Source: an uncultured Melioribacter sp.
GTDB lineage: Bacteria; Bacteroidota; Ignavibacteria; Ignavibacteriales; Melioribacteraceae
NCBI GenBank assembly: GCA_964625385.1
Contig: CAZVBT010000007.1
Coordinates: forward strand, 1 to 52,919
Length of the DNA stretch: 52,919 nucleotides
Reading direction: 5' to 3'
Shown here: positions 1 through 9,476 of the stretch, piece by piece
Numbering within the stretch: the first letter of the stretch is position 1
Layout: the number at the start of each line of letters is the position of its first letter
The notes under the pieces: model-generated
Told to the model about the DNA's origin: nothing
The model's input: the letters and a program-made list of their open reading frames with translations, nothing else
Databases searched by the model: none
Position numbers and translations under genes: made by a program

Positions 1-762
1 TCCTTGCAATCCTTGCCCAACAGGAATATCAAAATCAAATCTATTATAGATTGAATAAGTGTCATCTTTTCTTAAGTCGAATTTTACACCACTTCCACGT
101 AACATTGGTCCGGTTGCACCGTAGTTAATTGCAGTGTCGGCCGGGAGAATTCCAATATTAGCAGTCCTTTCAATAAAAATTTTATTATAGCTTAAAAGAT
201 TATCTAATTCAACAATAGTGTTTTTGAAGTAACTTGTAAACTCTTTAGTTCTTCTTACAAAATTAGGATGTATATCGCGAGAAAGACCACCAACCCACAT
301 ATAATTATAGAGCATCCTTGCGCCGCAAGTCTCCTCAAAAATTGAAAGAATATATTCTCTATCGCGGAATAAATAAAGGAATGGAGTTAATGCTCCAATA
401 TCAGCACCATTTGTTCCAAGAGCAACACAATGAGAAGCAATTCTTTGAAGTTCAGCCATGATAACACGAATATACTCAACTCTTTCAGGAACTTGAATTC
501 CCATTAATTTTTCAACAGCTAAAACATAACCAAAATTATTACCCATTGCAGCAAGATAATCCATTCTATCTGTGTATGGTATTACCTGATTATATTGCAT
601 AGCTTCAGCATGTTTTTCAAAACATCTATGTAAATAACCAAGATGAGGTTTTACATTAACAATTAATTCACCTTCAATTTCAAGTTCGAGTCTCAAAACA
701 CCATGTGTAGATGGATGCTGAGGACCCATATTAAGAACCATTGTTTCAGTTTTTAGTGCCAT
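1..762 (-). CDS. nuoD: NADH-quinone oxidoreductase subunit D (5' part; runs off the window start)
   Basis: Not in the ORF track. Read manually from ATG at 762: [25 protein letters not shown]...GYLHRCFEK, the NuoD signature; directly follows nuoC. Confidence 0.95.
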   Translation of the reverse strand, partial: MALKTETMVLNMGPQHPSTHGVLRLELEIEGELIVNVKPHLGYLHRCFEKHAEAMQYNQVIPYTDRMDYLAAMGNNFGYVLAVEKLMGIQVPERVEYIRVIMAELQRIASHCVALGTNGADIGALTPFLYLFRDREYILSIFEETCGARMLYNYMWVGGLSRDIHPNFVRRTKEFTSYFKNTIVELDNLLSYNKIFIERTANIGILPADTAINYGATGPMLRGSGVKFDLRKDDTYSIYNRFDFDIPVGQGLQG

Positions 763-789
763 CTTATTCCAAATTACAAACGTTAAAAA

Positions 790-1323
790 TTAGTAGGGAA
801 TTTTCATTCCTTGATAAAATTCCGGTACTTTAAAATCTTTTCTTAATGGGAAAGAATTTTCTTCCCAATCGTAAGGCATTAATATTCTTCTTAAATCAGG
901 ATGATTTAAGAATTTAATCCCAATCATATCATAAGCTTCTCTTTCATGCCAGTCGGCGCATTTCCAAACATTTTCTACAGATTCAACCTTTGCATCTTCA
1001 CGCGGAGTAGATACTTTCAATGTAATTTTATGTTTCAAAACTGTTGAATACAAATGATAGAAAACACTAAGTGTTCCTCCTTCAATTATATCATAACCTT
1101 CACTATCTTTCACTTTTTTGCCATTAGCATCATCAACACCAGAAAGACACATTAAACTATCAAATAGGAGTTCAGAATTATCTCGCAAGAACTTGCTAAC
1201 TATATGTATTTTAAGAGGTTCAACGGAAATTATAGGTTCAGTTGGAGTATCTTTATCAATTGATAAAATTACATCTCCAAATTCATTTTTTAGTAATTCA
1301 AAAATTTCTTCTGCGTTTTTCAT
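790..1323 (-). CDS. nuoC: NADH-quinone oxidoreductase subunit C
   Basis: [27 protein letters not shown]...FPLRKDF motif; lies between nuoB and nuoD. Confidence 0.95.
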   Translation of the reverse strand: MKNAEEIFELLKNEFGDVILSIDKDTPTEPIISVEPLKIHIVSKFLRDNSELLFDSLMCLSGVDDANGKKVKDSEGYDIIEGGTLSVFYHLYSTVLKHKITLKVSTPREDAKVESVENVWKCADWHEREAYDMIGIKFLNHPDLRRILMPYDWEENSFPLRKDFKVPEFYQGMKIPY

Positions 1324-1808
1324 GATTTTTTTCTTAAAGATTCATTTCTGATTTTTTCTTGTAATTTAAGAAGACCTTCAAGTAATGCTTCTGGTCTTGG
1401 TGGGCACCCGGGAACATACACATCAACAGGAATAATTCTATCAACACCTTTGAGAACGTGGTATCCATGCTCCCAATAAGGACCACCACAATTAGCACAA
1501 CTACCCATTGAAATAATGTATTTAGGATCTGGTATTTGTTCGTATAATCTTTTAATTCTAATAGCCATTTTAAGAGTAACTGTTCCGGATATAATAATGG
1601 CATCAGCTTGACGAGGTGTATTTCTAGGGATCAAACCAAATCTATCGAAATCATAATGTGAAGCAGAAGTAGCCATCATTTCGATAGCACAACAAGCCAA
1701 ACCAAAACCAAGTTGCCAGACTGACGATAATCTTGCCCAGTTTAATAGATCTTCAACATTAGCTACAACAATATTACCATCAGAAAATTCTTTATCTAGT
1801 AAACCCAT
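1320..1808 (-). CDS. nuoB: NADH-quinone oxidoreductase subunit B
   Basis: [20 protein letters not shown] and [12 protein letters not shown] (N2 cluster ligands). Confidence 0.97.
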   Translation of the reverse strand: MGLLDKEFSDGNIVVANVEDLLNWARLSSVWQLGFGLACCAIEMMATSASHYDFDRFGLIPRNTPRQADAIIISGTVTLKMAIRIKRLYEQIPDPKYIISMGSCANCGGPYWEHGYHVLKGVDRIIPVDVYVPGCPPRPEALLEGLLKLQEKIRNESLRKKS

Positions 1809-1832
1809 AATTAAATTTTCTTATTTTAATTG

Positions 1833-2240
1833 TTAAGAATCTTTTTTAAGTAATTCATCTAATTTTGGAGGCTTTGGAGTAGGACGAGCCCATTCAAGAT
1901 CGCCTTTACGCCATTCGTAAGCCATACCTAAACCTAAAACTAACAGGAAAATTAAACCTGCAATAAATCCAAATACACCAAATTCTTTATAAACTAAAGC
2001 CCATGGAAACAATAAAACAACTTCCACATCAAAAATCAAAAAGATAAGTGCTACAACATAAAATCTTATATTAAATTTTACCCATGGTGAACCTTCGGGG
2101 TTTTCACCGCACTCATAAACTTTTTGTTTTTCTACTGTGGGTCTATTTGGTCTAATAAGTTTATTGATGAAAAGTGTTATTATTACAAATATTATTGCAA
2201 GAATTATAAAGATGAAAATTTTTCCGAATTCTGTAAGCAT
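1833..2240 (-). CDS. nuoA: NADH-quinone oxidoreductase subunit A
   Basis: YECG, FYVVALIFLIFDVE, YEWRKGDLEW; three TM helices. Confidence 0.97.
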   Translation of the reverse strand: MLTEFGKIFIFIILAIIFVIITLFINKLIRPNRPTVEKQKVYECGENPEGSPWVKFNIRFYVVALIFLIFDVEVVLLFPWALVYKEFGVFGFIAGLIFLLVLGLGMAYEWRKGDLEWARPTPKPPKLDELLKKDS

Positions 2241-2263
2241 AGTAGTTCAAAAAAGTTGTGGAA

Positions 2264-2292
2264 AAAATAATACTCCTTTGTATTTTTGTCAA
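2264..2292 (-). promoter_or_regulatory. Putative sigma70-type promoter of the nuo operon
   Basis: Minus strand TTGACA (2292-2287), 17-nt spacer, TATTTT (2269-2264), about 24 nt before the nuoA ATG. Confidence 0.55.
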
Positions 2293-2351
2293 GGAAAGAA
2301 TTAAATTAAATTAGATTTATAACTAATTTGTTTATAAAAATTTGAGTTAAA

Positions 2352-3233
2352 ATGAAAAAAGTTTTCTTATTAATAATTTTTAGTTCGCTTTTTGCCAATG
2401 CACAAACTTTAAGCAACAAATGGATATTAGTTGGTGAAGCTAATGATGAAAAGGTTTTTATAGATACTTCATCAATTAAAAAATTTGAAAATCAAATTTC
2501 TGCTTTAATTTTTTCATTTTATAAAACTCCAAAGAATATTCACTCTATTGAAGAAAATGTTTTCAGTAGTAAAGAACAGATATTTTTTACTATGGTTAAT
2601 CAAAAATTTGCAAAAATTGGTTCATTGTATTACGATGATAAATTGAAAATACTTGGTGAAAAGTCATTACCAGGTTTAAATATTAATACTCAAAATTTTT
2701 CAGAGCCAATTGATAGTAATGAAATGGTAAAAATGATTTATGATTTTTGTATTAATTTCCTAAATAAGAAAGAACAAATTAGTTTAGAAGAACAAGAGAA
2801 AAGAAAAAAAGAACAAAATAGAGAGATGCTAAAAAAAATTGCTGAAGGAAAAACTAATGAAATAAAAAAAACAGATGAACAAAAAACAAAATCTAATAAA
2901 TTAGAAATTGATACAACTTTAAGGATTGTAGATAATAGAACATTAAAAGAAAAATTTATTTCTTCTAATAAAAAATTTACACAAGATGATAATTGGAAAT
3001 CTACTTCAAGCAAAACAATTTTCAGTGATGGAACAAAATATGTTTTTCAAGTATCATCATGGAAAAATAAAGCAAAAGCTGAGAGTGAAGTAAGAAAATT
3101 AAAATCAAAAGGATTTGATCCATTTATTGTTGAAGCAAATGTTCCGGAACGAGGTGGTAAATGGTATCGTGTAAGAGTTGGTTATTATAATTCAATAGAG
3201 GAAGCTGAAGCCGCACAAAAGAAACTTAATTAA
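2352..3233 (+). CDS. Exported protein with C-terminal SPOR (peptidoglycan-binding) domain
   Basis: Signal peptide (MKKVFLL...ANA); C-terminal YVFQVSSWKNKAKAESEVRKLKSKGF...WYRVRVGYY SPOR pattern; charged linker. Confidence 0.8.
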   Translation: MKKVFLLIIFSSLFANAQTLSNKWILVGEANDEKVFIDTSSIKKFENQISALIFSFYKTPKNIHSIEENVFSSKEQIFFTMVNQKFAKIGSLYYDDKLKILGEKSLPGLNINTQNFSEPIDSNEMVKMIYDFCINFLNKKEQISLEEQEKRKKEQNREMLKKIAEGKTNEIKKTDEQKTKSNKLEIDTTLRIVDNRTLKEKFISSNKKFTQDDNWKSTSSKTIFSDGTKYVFQVSSWKNKAKAESEVRKLKSKGFDPFIVEANVPERGGKWYRVRVGYYNSIEEAEAAQKKLN

Positions 3234-3272
3234 GTTCATTTATGTTACTATATAAAAATTGAAAGTAACACA

Positions 3273-3746
3273 ATGAAACTACTTGTTGTAATCACACTAT
3301 TAATAATATCTTTTTTACCCCAAGAAAAAAATCAAAATAGAAAGGTTTCTAAATTGACTGAAAAAAATAAAACTGAAGAAGAATGGAAAAAGGTCTTATC
3401 AAAAGAACAATATAAAGTATTGAGAGAAAAAGGAACCGAAAGACCTTTTACAGGTGAATATTGGAATCATTTTGAAAAAGGTGTTTATAAATGTGTCGCA
3501 TGTGGAGAAGTTCTATTTGAATCTGATACAAAATTTGATGCTGGTTGCGGGTGGCCAAGTTTTTATAAAGCCATAGATAAATCAAAAATAATTGAGAAGG
3601 ATGATTTCAGTTATGGAATGCATAGAATAGAAGTCATGTGTAAAAATTGTGGTAGTCATCTCGGACATGTATTTGATGATGGACCTCAATCAACAGGCTT
3701 AAGATATTGTATTAATTCAGTTTCAATAAAATTTGAGAAGAAATAA
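3273..3746 (+). CDS. msrB: Peptide-methionine (R)-S-oxide reductase with N-terminal hydrophobic leader
   Basis: [29 protein letters not shown] and RYCINS motifs. Confidence 0.95.
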   Translation: MKLLVVITLLIISFLPQEKNQNRKVSKLTEKNKTEEEWKKVLSKEQYKVLREKGTERPFTGEYWNHFEKGVYKCVACGEVLFESDTKFDAGCGWPSFYKAIDKSKIIEKDDFSYGMHRIEVMCKNCGSHLGHVFDDGPQSTGLRYCINSVSIKFEKK

Positions 3747-3748
3747 AA

Positions 3749-4657
3749 TTATTTTTTTTGTGGTAGAAAATTTATTCCGCTTACTTTAATAATACTTGTA
3801 ATTAAAATAAAAATTCCAATCCATTGAATTAAAGATAAAACAGTGCCGCGAACAAAGTAATCCAAAACCACAGCTGTCAAAGGAAAAGCTAATTCACAAA
3901 TTGTAGCTACAGATGCAGTTATACTCTTCAATCCAAAATAGTAAAGAAAAATTGCGGCGCCACCAGTTGTGAATGCAATTAAAATAAAAATTAATATTTG
4001 TGTTGTAGAAATCATTCCAATTTTTAAAATATCACCGCTTAAAGATGATATTAACAACATAATTATTGAAGAAAAGAAAAAACGAAGAAAAGTACCAACT
4101 TCAAAAGAAACATTTTTTAAGGCACGCTTACTAAAGACAGTTGATGAACCAAAACTTGCAGCAGCTAACAATGACAGAAAAGCAGAAATAACATTATCTT
4201 TACCTGTATTAAAATTTGGTAAATGTAAACCAAAAGTCATTAAATATGCACCTAAGATTGCAAGCGAAGCCCAAAAGAAAAATTCACGTGGGAGTTTTTC
4301 TTTTAATATTAATGCTGCCAAAATTAAAGCAAAAACAGGCTGTAGTTTTTGTAATAAAATAACAACTGAAAGATTTACAAAATTAACATAAAACAATGCT
4401 TTAGTAATTGCCATTGTACCAATGGCACCGCCAAATAAACCAACAAAGAAAAAATAAGTTAAATCACTTTTAGACAGATTTTTAATATTAAAAATATGTT
4501 TACCTAAAATGGGTGATAATAAAAGTACAACAATTGTACTTTCAATAAAAACAACAAGTGGAACCGGCAAACTATAAAGAGCAGGACGTAAAATAATTCC
4601 ATCCACACCCCAAAGTGAAGCAGCAATAATAACAAACAAAGGTGCAAATTTTTTCAT
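3749..4657 (-). CDS. EamA/DMT family transporter
   Basis: About 10 TM helices in two EamA-like repeats (ALILAALILKEK). ATG at 4657 preferred over the ORF-track start at 4681. Confidence 0.85.
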   Translation of the reverse strand: MKKFAPLFVIIAASLWGVDGIILRPALYSLPVPLVVFIESTIVVLLLSPILGKHIFNIKNLSKSDLTYFFFVGLFGGAIGTMAITKALFYVNFVNLSVVILLQKLQPVFALILAALILKEKLPREFFFWASLAILGAYLMTFGLHLPNFNTGKDNVISAFLSLLAAASFGSSTVFSKRALKNVSFEVGTFLRFFFSSIIMLLISSLSGDILKIGMISTTQILIFILIAFTTGGAAIFLYYFGLKSITASVATICELAFPLTAVVLDYFVRGTVLSLIQWIGIFILITSIIKVSGINFLPQKK

Positions 4658-4697
4658 AGTATATTTTAATTTAATGTGCAAAGATAAAGAATGATTT

Positions 4698-6023
4698 CTA
4701 CTTAAGTTTAGTTTTATGATTAAATCTTGTTAACATTGAAATTCCCAAAATCATTAAACCAAGCAAAAGACCAATCCAAATGCCGAGAGCATTCATCTTA
4801 AAATAAAAACCAAGAATAGCACCAACAGGAATTCCAATAAACCAGTATGAAAGAATTGAAATTAACAATGGAATTTTTACATCCATCAAGCCACGCAAAA
4901 CGCCAATGCCCGTAGCCTGCATTCCATCAAAAATTTGGAATAATGCGGCAACGATTAATAAAGTAGAAGCAATTTTCATCACTTCAAAATCGTTAACGTA
5001 AAATTGTGGTAATATATTTTTGAGAATTATGAATGATATTCCAAAACAAAACATTATTGAGATAGCAATTCCAAAAGCAGTAAAACCGGCTTGTCTTACT
5101 TTATTCATATTTTTTTCACCGAGAAATTCACCAACTCTGATTGTCCCGGCAGAAGCTATTCCTAATATTATCATATATGTAACAGAAGCAAGATTCAATG
5201 CGATTTGATGAGCTGCTAATTGAGTGCTACCCAACCAGCCAATCATAATTGCAGAAAAAGAAAAAGCTGCAACTTCTAAAAAATATTGAAATCCACTTGG
5301 CAAGCCAATTTGAATAAGTCTTTTTATCAAATTAAAATCATATTTATTAAGAAATATTTTTGGGCTAAAGATTTTCACTTTTTTATGTTTAAAAACAACA
5401 ATTAAAATTACTATTGCCATTAACCATCTTGTTAATGTTGTAGCAATACCAGCACCAAATAACCCAAGTGAAGGAAAACCGAATTTTCCGTAAATAAAAA
5501 TCCAATTAAAAAATGCATTGAAAAGATTTGCTGAAATCGCAATAAACATTGGTGGATTTGGAAAAGATAAACCTTCTAAAAATTGTCTGAATGTTTGAAA
5601 CATCATAAATGGTATAACAGAAAGTGATAAAACTTTCATGTATGGAATTGCAAGTTTAACAACATTAGTTGGTTGGTTTAGAAATGGAATTGCAAAAGTT
5701 GTCGAGAAAGTAATAACACTCAACAACATTGAAAAAAATAAATTCAGTGAAAAAGAATGAGCCAACACATTTCCACATTGTTCTAGATTTTTTTCTCCTT
5801 TAGCAAACGAAATAAATGGTGTTGCTGCCATTGATAAACCAATTCCAATAACCAGAGTAAGAAAAAACAAACCATTTACTAAAGCGGCTGCAGCTAATGA
5901 ATCAGTTCCAACTTTTCCAACCATTATACTATCAATTACACCCATCATAATATGACCAAGCTGACCAATTGAAATTGGAAATGCTAAAAGCAATGTTTCT
6001 TTTATATGTCGTTTAATATTCAT
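4698..6023 (-). CDS. MATE family efflux transporter (NorM-like)
   Basis: LAFPISIGQLGHIMMGVIDSIMVG, LAAHQIALN, FQIFDGMQ...GVLRG; about 12 TM helices. Confidence 0.92.
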   Translation of the reverse strand: MNIKRHIKETLLLAFPISIGQLGHIMMGVIDSIMVGKVGTDSLAAAALVNGLFFLTLVIGIGLSMAATPFISFAKGEKNLEQCGNVLAHSFSLNLFFSMLLSVITFSTTFAIPFLNQPTNVVKLAIPYMKVLSLSVIPFMMFQTFRQFLEGLSFPNPPMFIAISANLFNAFFNWIFIYGKFGFPSLGLFGAGIATTLTRWLMAIVILIVVFKHKKVKIFSPKIFLNKYDFNLIKRLIQIGLPSGFQYFLEVAAFSFSAIMIGWLGSTQLAAHQIALNLASVTYMIILGIASAGTIRVGEFLGEKNMNKVRQAGFTAFGIAISIMFCFGISFIILKNILPQFYVNDFEVMKIASTLLIVAALFQIFDGMQATGIGVLRGLMDVKIPLLISILSYWFIGIPVGAILGFYFKMNALGIWIGLLLGLMILGISMLTRFNHKTKLK

Positions 6024-6176
6024 ATTACAAAAGTAGTTATTTTGTTTTATTCTATATTAAATGCAATAAAAAATATTATCTGAAATTTGCCCATTTTTTT
6101 GTAAATTTACTTAGGAAATATTCGATAATAATTAGGGAGTTACCGGTTATGCTTTAACAAAAGAGGAGTAATACAA

Positions 6177-6401
6177 ATGGAAAACCCAAAAGACATATCG
6201 AGCTTACCAAAGTTAAAAATTAATCCACTTTTTGATAATTCAAAAATTCAATCTAAAGAACAAAAGAAAAAAATTTACAACCCATTCAGATTTACAATTG
6301 AATCTTCTTTGGAAGGTTTACAAAATTTAGAAGAAGAAGAAAAAAATGTTGCAGAAGAGAAAAAATCATTAAGAGAAACATCTGAAAATTGGATTGGATA
6401 A
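6177..6401 (+). CDS. Small hypothetical protein (74 aa)
   Basis: Strong SD (AAGAGGAG) before the ATG; fills the gap upstream of hpnC; no recognisable motif. Confidence 0.6.
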   Translation: MENPKDISSLPKLKINPLFDNSKIQSKEQKKKIYNPFRFTIESSLEGLQNLEEEEKNVAEEKKSLRETSENWIG

Positions 6402-6446
6402 TTGAATTAATATTTTTCTAAATTTCAGTCAAAAATAAATCTTAAT

Positions 6447-7298
6447 TTGAAAGAGCGAATTAATTCCGCATATAAAGCTTCATTATTTTTTTCTAAAAAA
6501 CATTACGAAAATTTTCCTGTTATTTTATTTTCCGTACCAAAAGAATTAAGAAAACACATTGCAATTATTTATCAGTTTGCACGACAAGCAGATGATTTTG
6601 CCGATGAAGGTTCACTTTCACAGAACGATAGATTGAATCTTTTAAGTGAATATGAAAATGATTTTGTTGATGCAATCAATGGTAAATTTAAAAATGATTT
6701 TTGGTTAGCGTTAAAAAATACTTGTGATAAATTCCAAATTGATAAAAAACTTTTTCTTGATTTATTATCTGCATTCAAACAAGATGTAATAAAGAATAGC
6801 TACGATACCGAAGATGAAATTTTAGATTATTGTAAAAGATCAGCAAACCCGGTTGGTAGAATCTTATTGAAAATCTTTAAAGTCGAAAATGAAGAAGCTC
6901 AATATACTTCCGATAAAATTTGTACTGCATTGCAATTAACAAATTTTTATCAGGATGTATCAAATGATATTAAAAAAAACAGAATTTATGTCTCAAAAAA
7001 GATGATGGAAAAATATTTTGTTAAAGAGTATGATTTTATGAATTTAAGATATAATGAGAATGTTAAAATTTTATTTCAAGAATTAATTGAAAAAACTTAT
7101 AAGATGTTTGATGAAGGAAAAATTATTCAAAGATATGTGCCGAGAAATTTTTTACTTCAAATACGAATGACAATTTTGGGCGGCAAAAAAATACTTCAAA
7201 AAATTGTAGAAAACGATTATGATGTTTTTAACAAAAGACCTAAATTAAATAAGAAAGATTTTTTAATAATTCTTTTAAGAAGTTTCAGAAATGTTTGA
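6447..7298 (+). CDS. hpnC: Squalene synthase HpnC
   Basis: HYENFPV, FARQADDFADEG, YCKRSANPVGR, LQLTNFYQD; TTG start. Confidence 0.9.
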   Translation: MKERINSAYKASLFFSKKHYENFPVILFSVPKELRKHIAIIYQFARQADDFADEGSLSQNDRLNLLSEYENDFVDAINGKFKNDFWLALKNTCDKFQIDKKLFLDLLSAFKQDVIKNSYDTEDEILDYCKRSANPVGRILLKIFKVENEEAQYTSDKICTALQLTNFYQDVSNDIKKNRIYVSKKMMEKYFVKEYDFMNLRYNENVKILFQELIEKTYKMFDEGKIIQRYVPRNFLLQIRMTILGGKKILQKIVENDYDVFNKRPKLNKKDFLIILLRSFRNV

Positions 7299-8133
7299 TG
7301 AATCAAAAAATATTGCGAAAGAAAGCAAAAGCAGTTTTTACTACGCTTTTAGTTTATTGGAAAAACCAAAACGGGAAGCTATGAACACTGTTTATGCTTT
7401 TTGTCGAAAGACTGATGACATTGTTGATCTTGGAAATGAATCGGATGATGTGAAATATGAAAAACTTCGCAGGTGGAGAAATGAACTTGAAAAAGCATTA
7501 AAAGGTAATTCAGAAATTCAACTTTTAAACAAGTTAATTGTTTACATCAAACAATTTAATATTCCGCTTGATCCATTCTTTGAATTGATAGCCGGTGTTG
7601 AAATGGATCTTCAAAGAAAAAGATTTTTAACTTTTGATGACCTTTCTAATTATTGTTATTTAGTAGCTTCAACAGTTGGATTGATGTGTATTGAAATTTT
7701 TGGTTACAAACATCAATCAGCAAAAGATTATGCTGTTAATCTTGGGAAAGCAATGCAGCTTACAAATATTTTGCGCGATGTTAAAAAAGATTATGAAAAT
7801 GGCAGAATATATTTACCAGAAAATGATTTAAAACTTTTCAATTATTCAGAAGAAGATCTTAAAAACAAAATTTTTAACCAACATTTTATCAATTTGATGA
7901 AATATGAAGCCGAAAGAGCAAAATATTTTTACCAGAAGGCAAATGAATCATTAAACTATGAAGATAAGCGTTCGATGTTTGCCGCAAGGGCAATGCAACA
8001 TATTTATTATCGCTTGTTAAAAAAAATTGAACAAGAAAATTTTGATGTAATTAACAAGAATATAAAAGTTAACAAGATTGAAAAAGTATCTATTGCAATC
8101 GGAGTTTGGGCAAAATATAGTTTAGTGTATTAA
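7291..8133 (+). CDS. hpnD: Presqualene diphosphate synthase HpnD (phytoene/squalene synthase family)
   Basis: SSFYYAF, YAFCRKTDDIVD, YCYLVASTVG, QLTNILRDV..D...GRIYLP; follows hpnC. Confidence 0.88.
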   Translation: MFDESKNIAKESKSSFYYAFSLLEKPKREAMNTVYAFCRKTDDIVDLGNESDDVKYEKLRRWRNELEKALKGNSEIQLLNKLIVYIKQFNIPLDPFFELIAGVEMDLQRKRFLTFDDLSNYCYLVASTVGLMCIEIFGYKHQSAKDYAVNLGKAMQLTNILRDVKKDYENGRIYLPENDLKLFNYSEEDLKNKIFNQHFINLMKYEAERAKYFYQKANESLNYEDKRSMFAARAMQHIYYRLLKKIEQENFDVINKNIKVNKIEKVSIAIGVWAKYSLVY

Positions 8134-9455
8134 TGAAAAATGTAATAATAATTGGTGGCGGGCTTGCAGGATTAACTTCAGCATTTTATCTCTCACAAAA
8201 AAAATACAATATCACATTAATTGAATCAACACCTAAACTAGGCGGCAGAACCTATTCACTTTATAATAAAACTCAAAATGATTATTATGACAATGGACAT
8301 CATTTATTAATGGGTTGTTACCATGAAACACTTCAACTAATAAATGATTTAAGGACTTATGATAAAATTGAAATTCAAGAAAGACTAGAAGTTAACTTTA
8401 TTGATGAAAATAGATTTACTTACAAATTAAAATCTTCAAATTTATTCTACCCGCTTAATTTGCTTTTTGGAATTCTGAATTACAGAGCTATTTCACTTAA
8501 AGAGAGATTTAAAATAATTGATTTCATTTTAGATATTGCTTGCTGTTTTAAAGAGGATCTGGAGAATTTAACTGTGCTTGAATGGTTATTATTAAAAAAT
8601 CAAAGTGATGAAACAATAAATAAATTCTGGGAAATTTTAGTTGTAAGCATTATGAACTGCACACCAGAAAAAGCATCTGCTTTAATTTTTTCAAACGTGT
8701 TGAAAGAAATTTTTTTAAAAGGTAAAGATTCATCTAAATTTGTTCTAACAAAAAATGGATTAACAGAAATTTTTGTAAATCCAATTAAAAGAAATTTGTT
8801 AGAAAGGGGAAATAAAGTCAGTGTAAACGAGCATCTAAATAAAATATTTATTGAAAAAAATGTTGTAAAAAAAATTTCCACGAATAAAAAAAATTACGAA
8901 AATTTTGATAATCTGATTTTATCAATTCCACCTTATTCGTATTCAGGGATAAAAATTATTGATGAAAATCAAAAAGAGTTAAACCCACTTTCACAAATTC
9001 TATCACAAGAATTTAAATATTCACCAATATTAAATATTCATATCTGGTTAAATGAAAATATTTTTGATAAAAAGTTCTATGGTCTATTGAATTCAGAATT
9101 TGACTGGATTTTCATTCATGAAAAACATTTAAGTGTAACAAAAAGTAATGCGGAAATTTTGATTAACTTAGATAAAAATTTAATAATGGATATAATTTAT
9201 TCGGATTTAAAAAATTATTTCCCTAATTTCTCAAAAGAAAAAGTAATTGACTTTAAAGTTATAAAAGAAAAAAGGGCAACTTTTATTCCTGATATAGCAT
9301 CAAACAAATTAAGAAGAAATATTAAAAGTGAATTTGAAAATTTATTTTTTGCTGGAGATTGGATGGCATTAGAATTCCCAGCAACAATTGAAGGTGCGAT
9401 AAGAAGTGGAAAAAATGCCGCACAAAACATAGATAACAAATTAGCAAGCAATTAA
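8133..9455 (+). CDS. hpnE: Hydroxysqualene dehydroxylase HpnE (FAD-dependent)
   Basis: GGGLAG dinucleotide motif, LGGRTYS, DNGHH, EKRATF, AGDW...PATIEGAIRSG; TAATG coupling to hpnD. Confidence 0.88.
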   Translation: MKNVIIIGGGLAGLTSAFYLSQKKYNITLIESTPKLGGRTYSLYNKTQNDYYDNGHHLLMGCYHETLQLINDLRTYDKIEIQERLEVNFIDENRFTYKLKSSNLFYPLNLLFGILNYRAISLKERFKIIDFILDIACCFKEDLENLTVLEWLLLKNQSDETINKFWEILVVSIMNCTPEKASALIFSNVLKEIFLKGKDSSKFVLTKNGLTEIFVNPIKRNLLERGNKVSVNEHLNKIFIEKNVVKKISTNKKNYENFDNLILSIPPYSYSGIKIIDENQKELNPLSQILSQEFKYSPILNIHIWLNENIFDKKFYGLLNSEFDWIFIHEKHLSVTKSNAEILINLDKNLIMDIIYSDLKNYFPNFSKEKVIDFKVIKEKRATFIPDIASNKLRRNIKSEFENLFFAGDWMALEFPATIEGAIRSGKNAAQNIDNKLASN

Positions 9456-9476
9456 TCAAAAAATGAGGAGGTAAAA

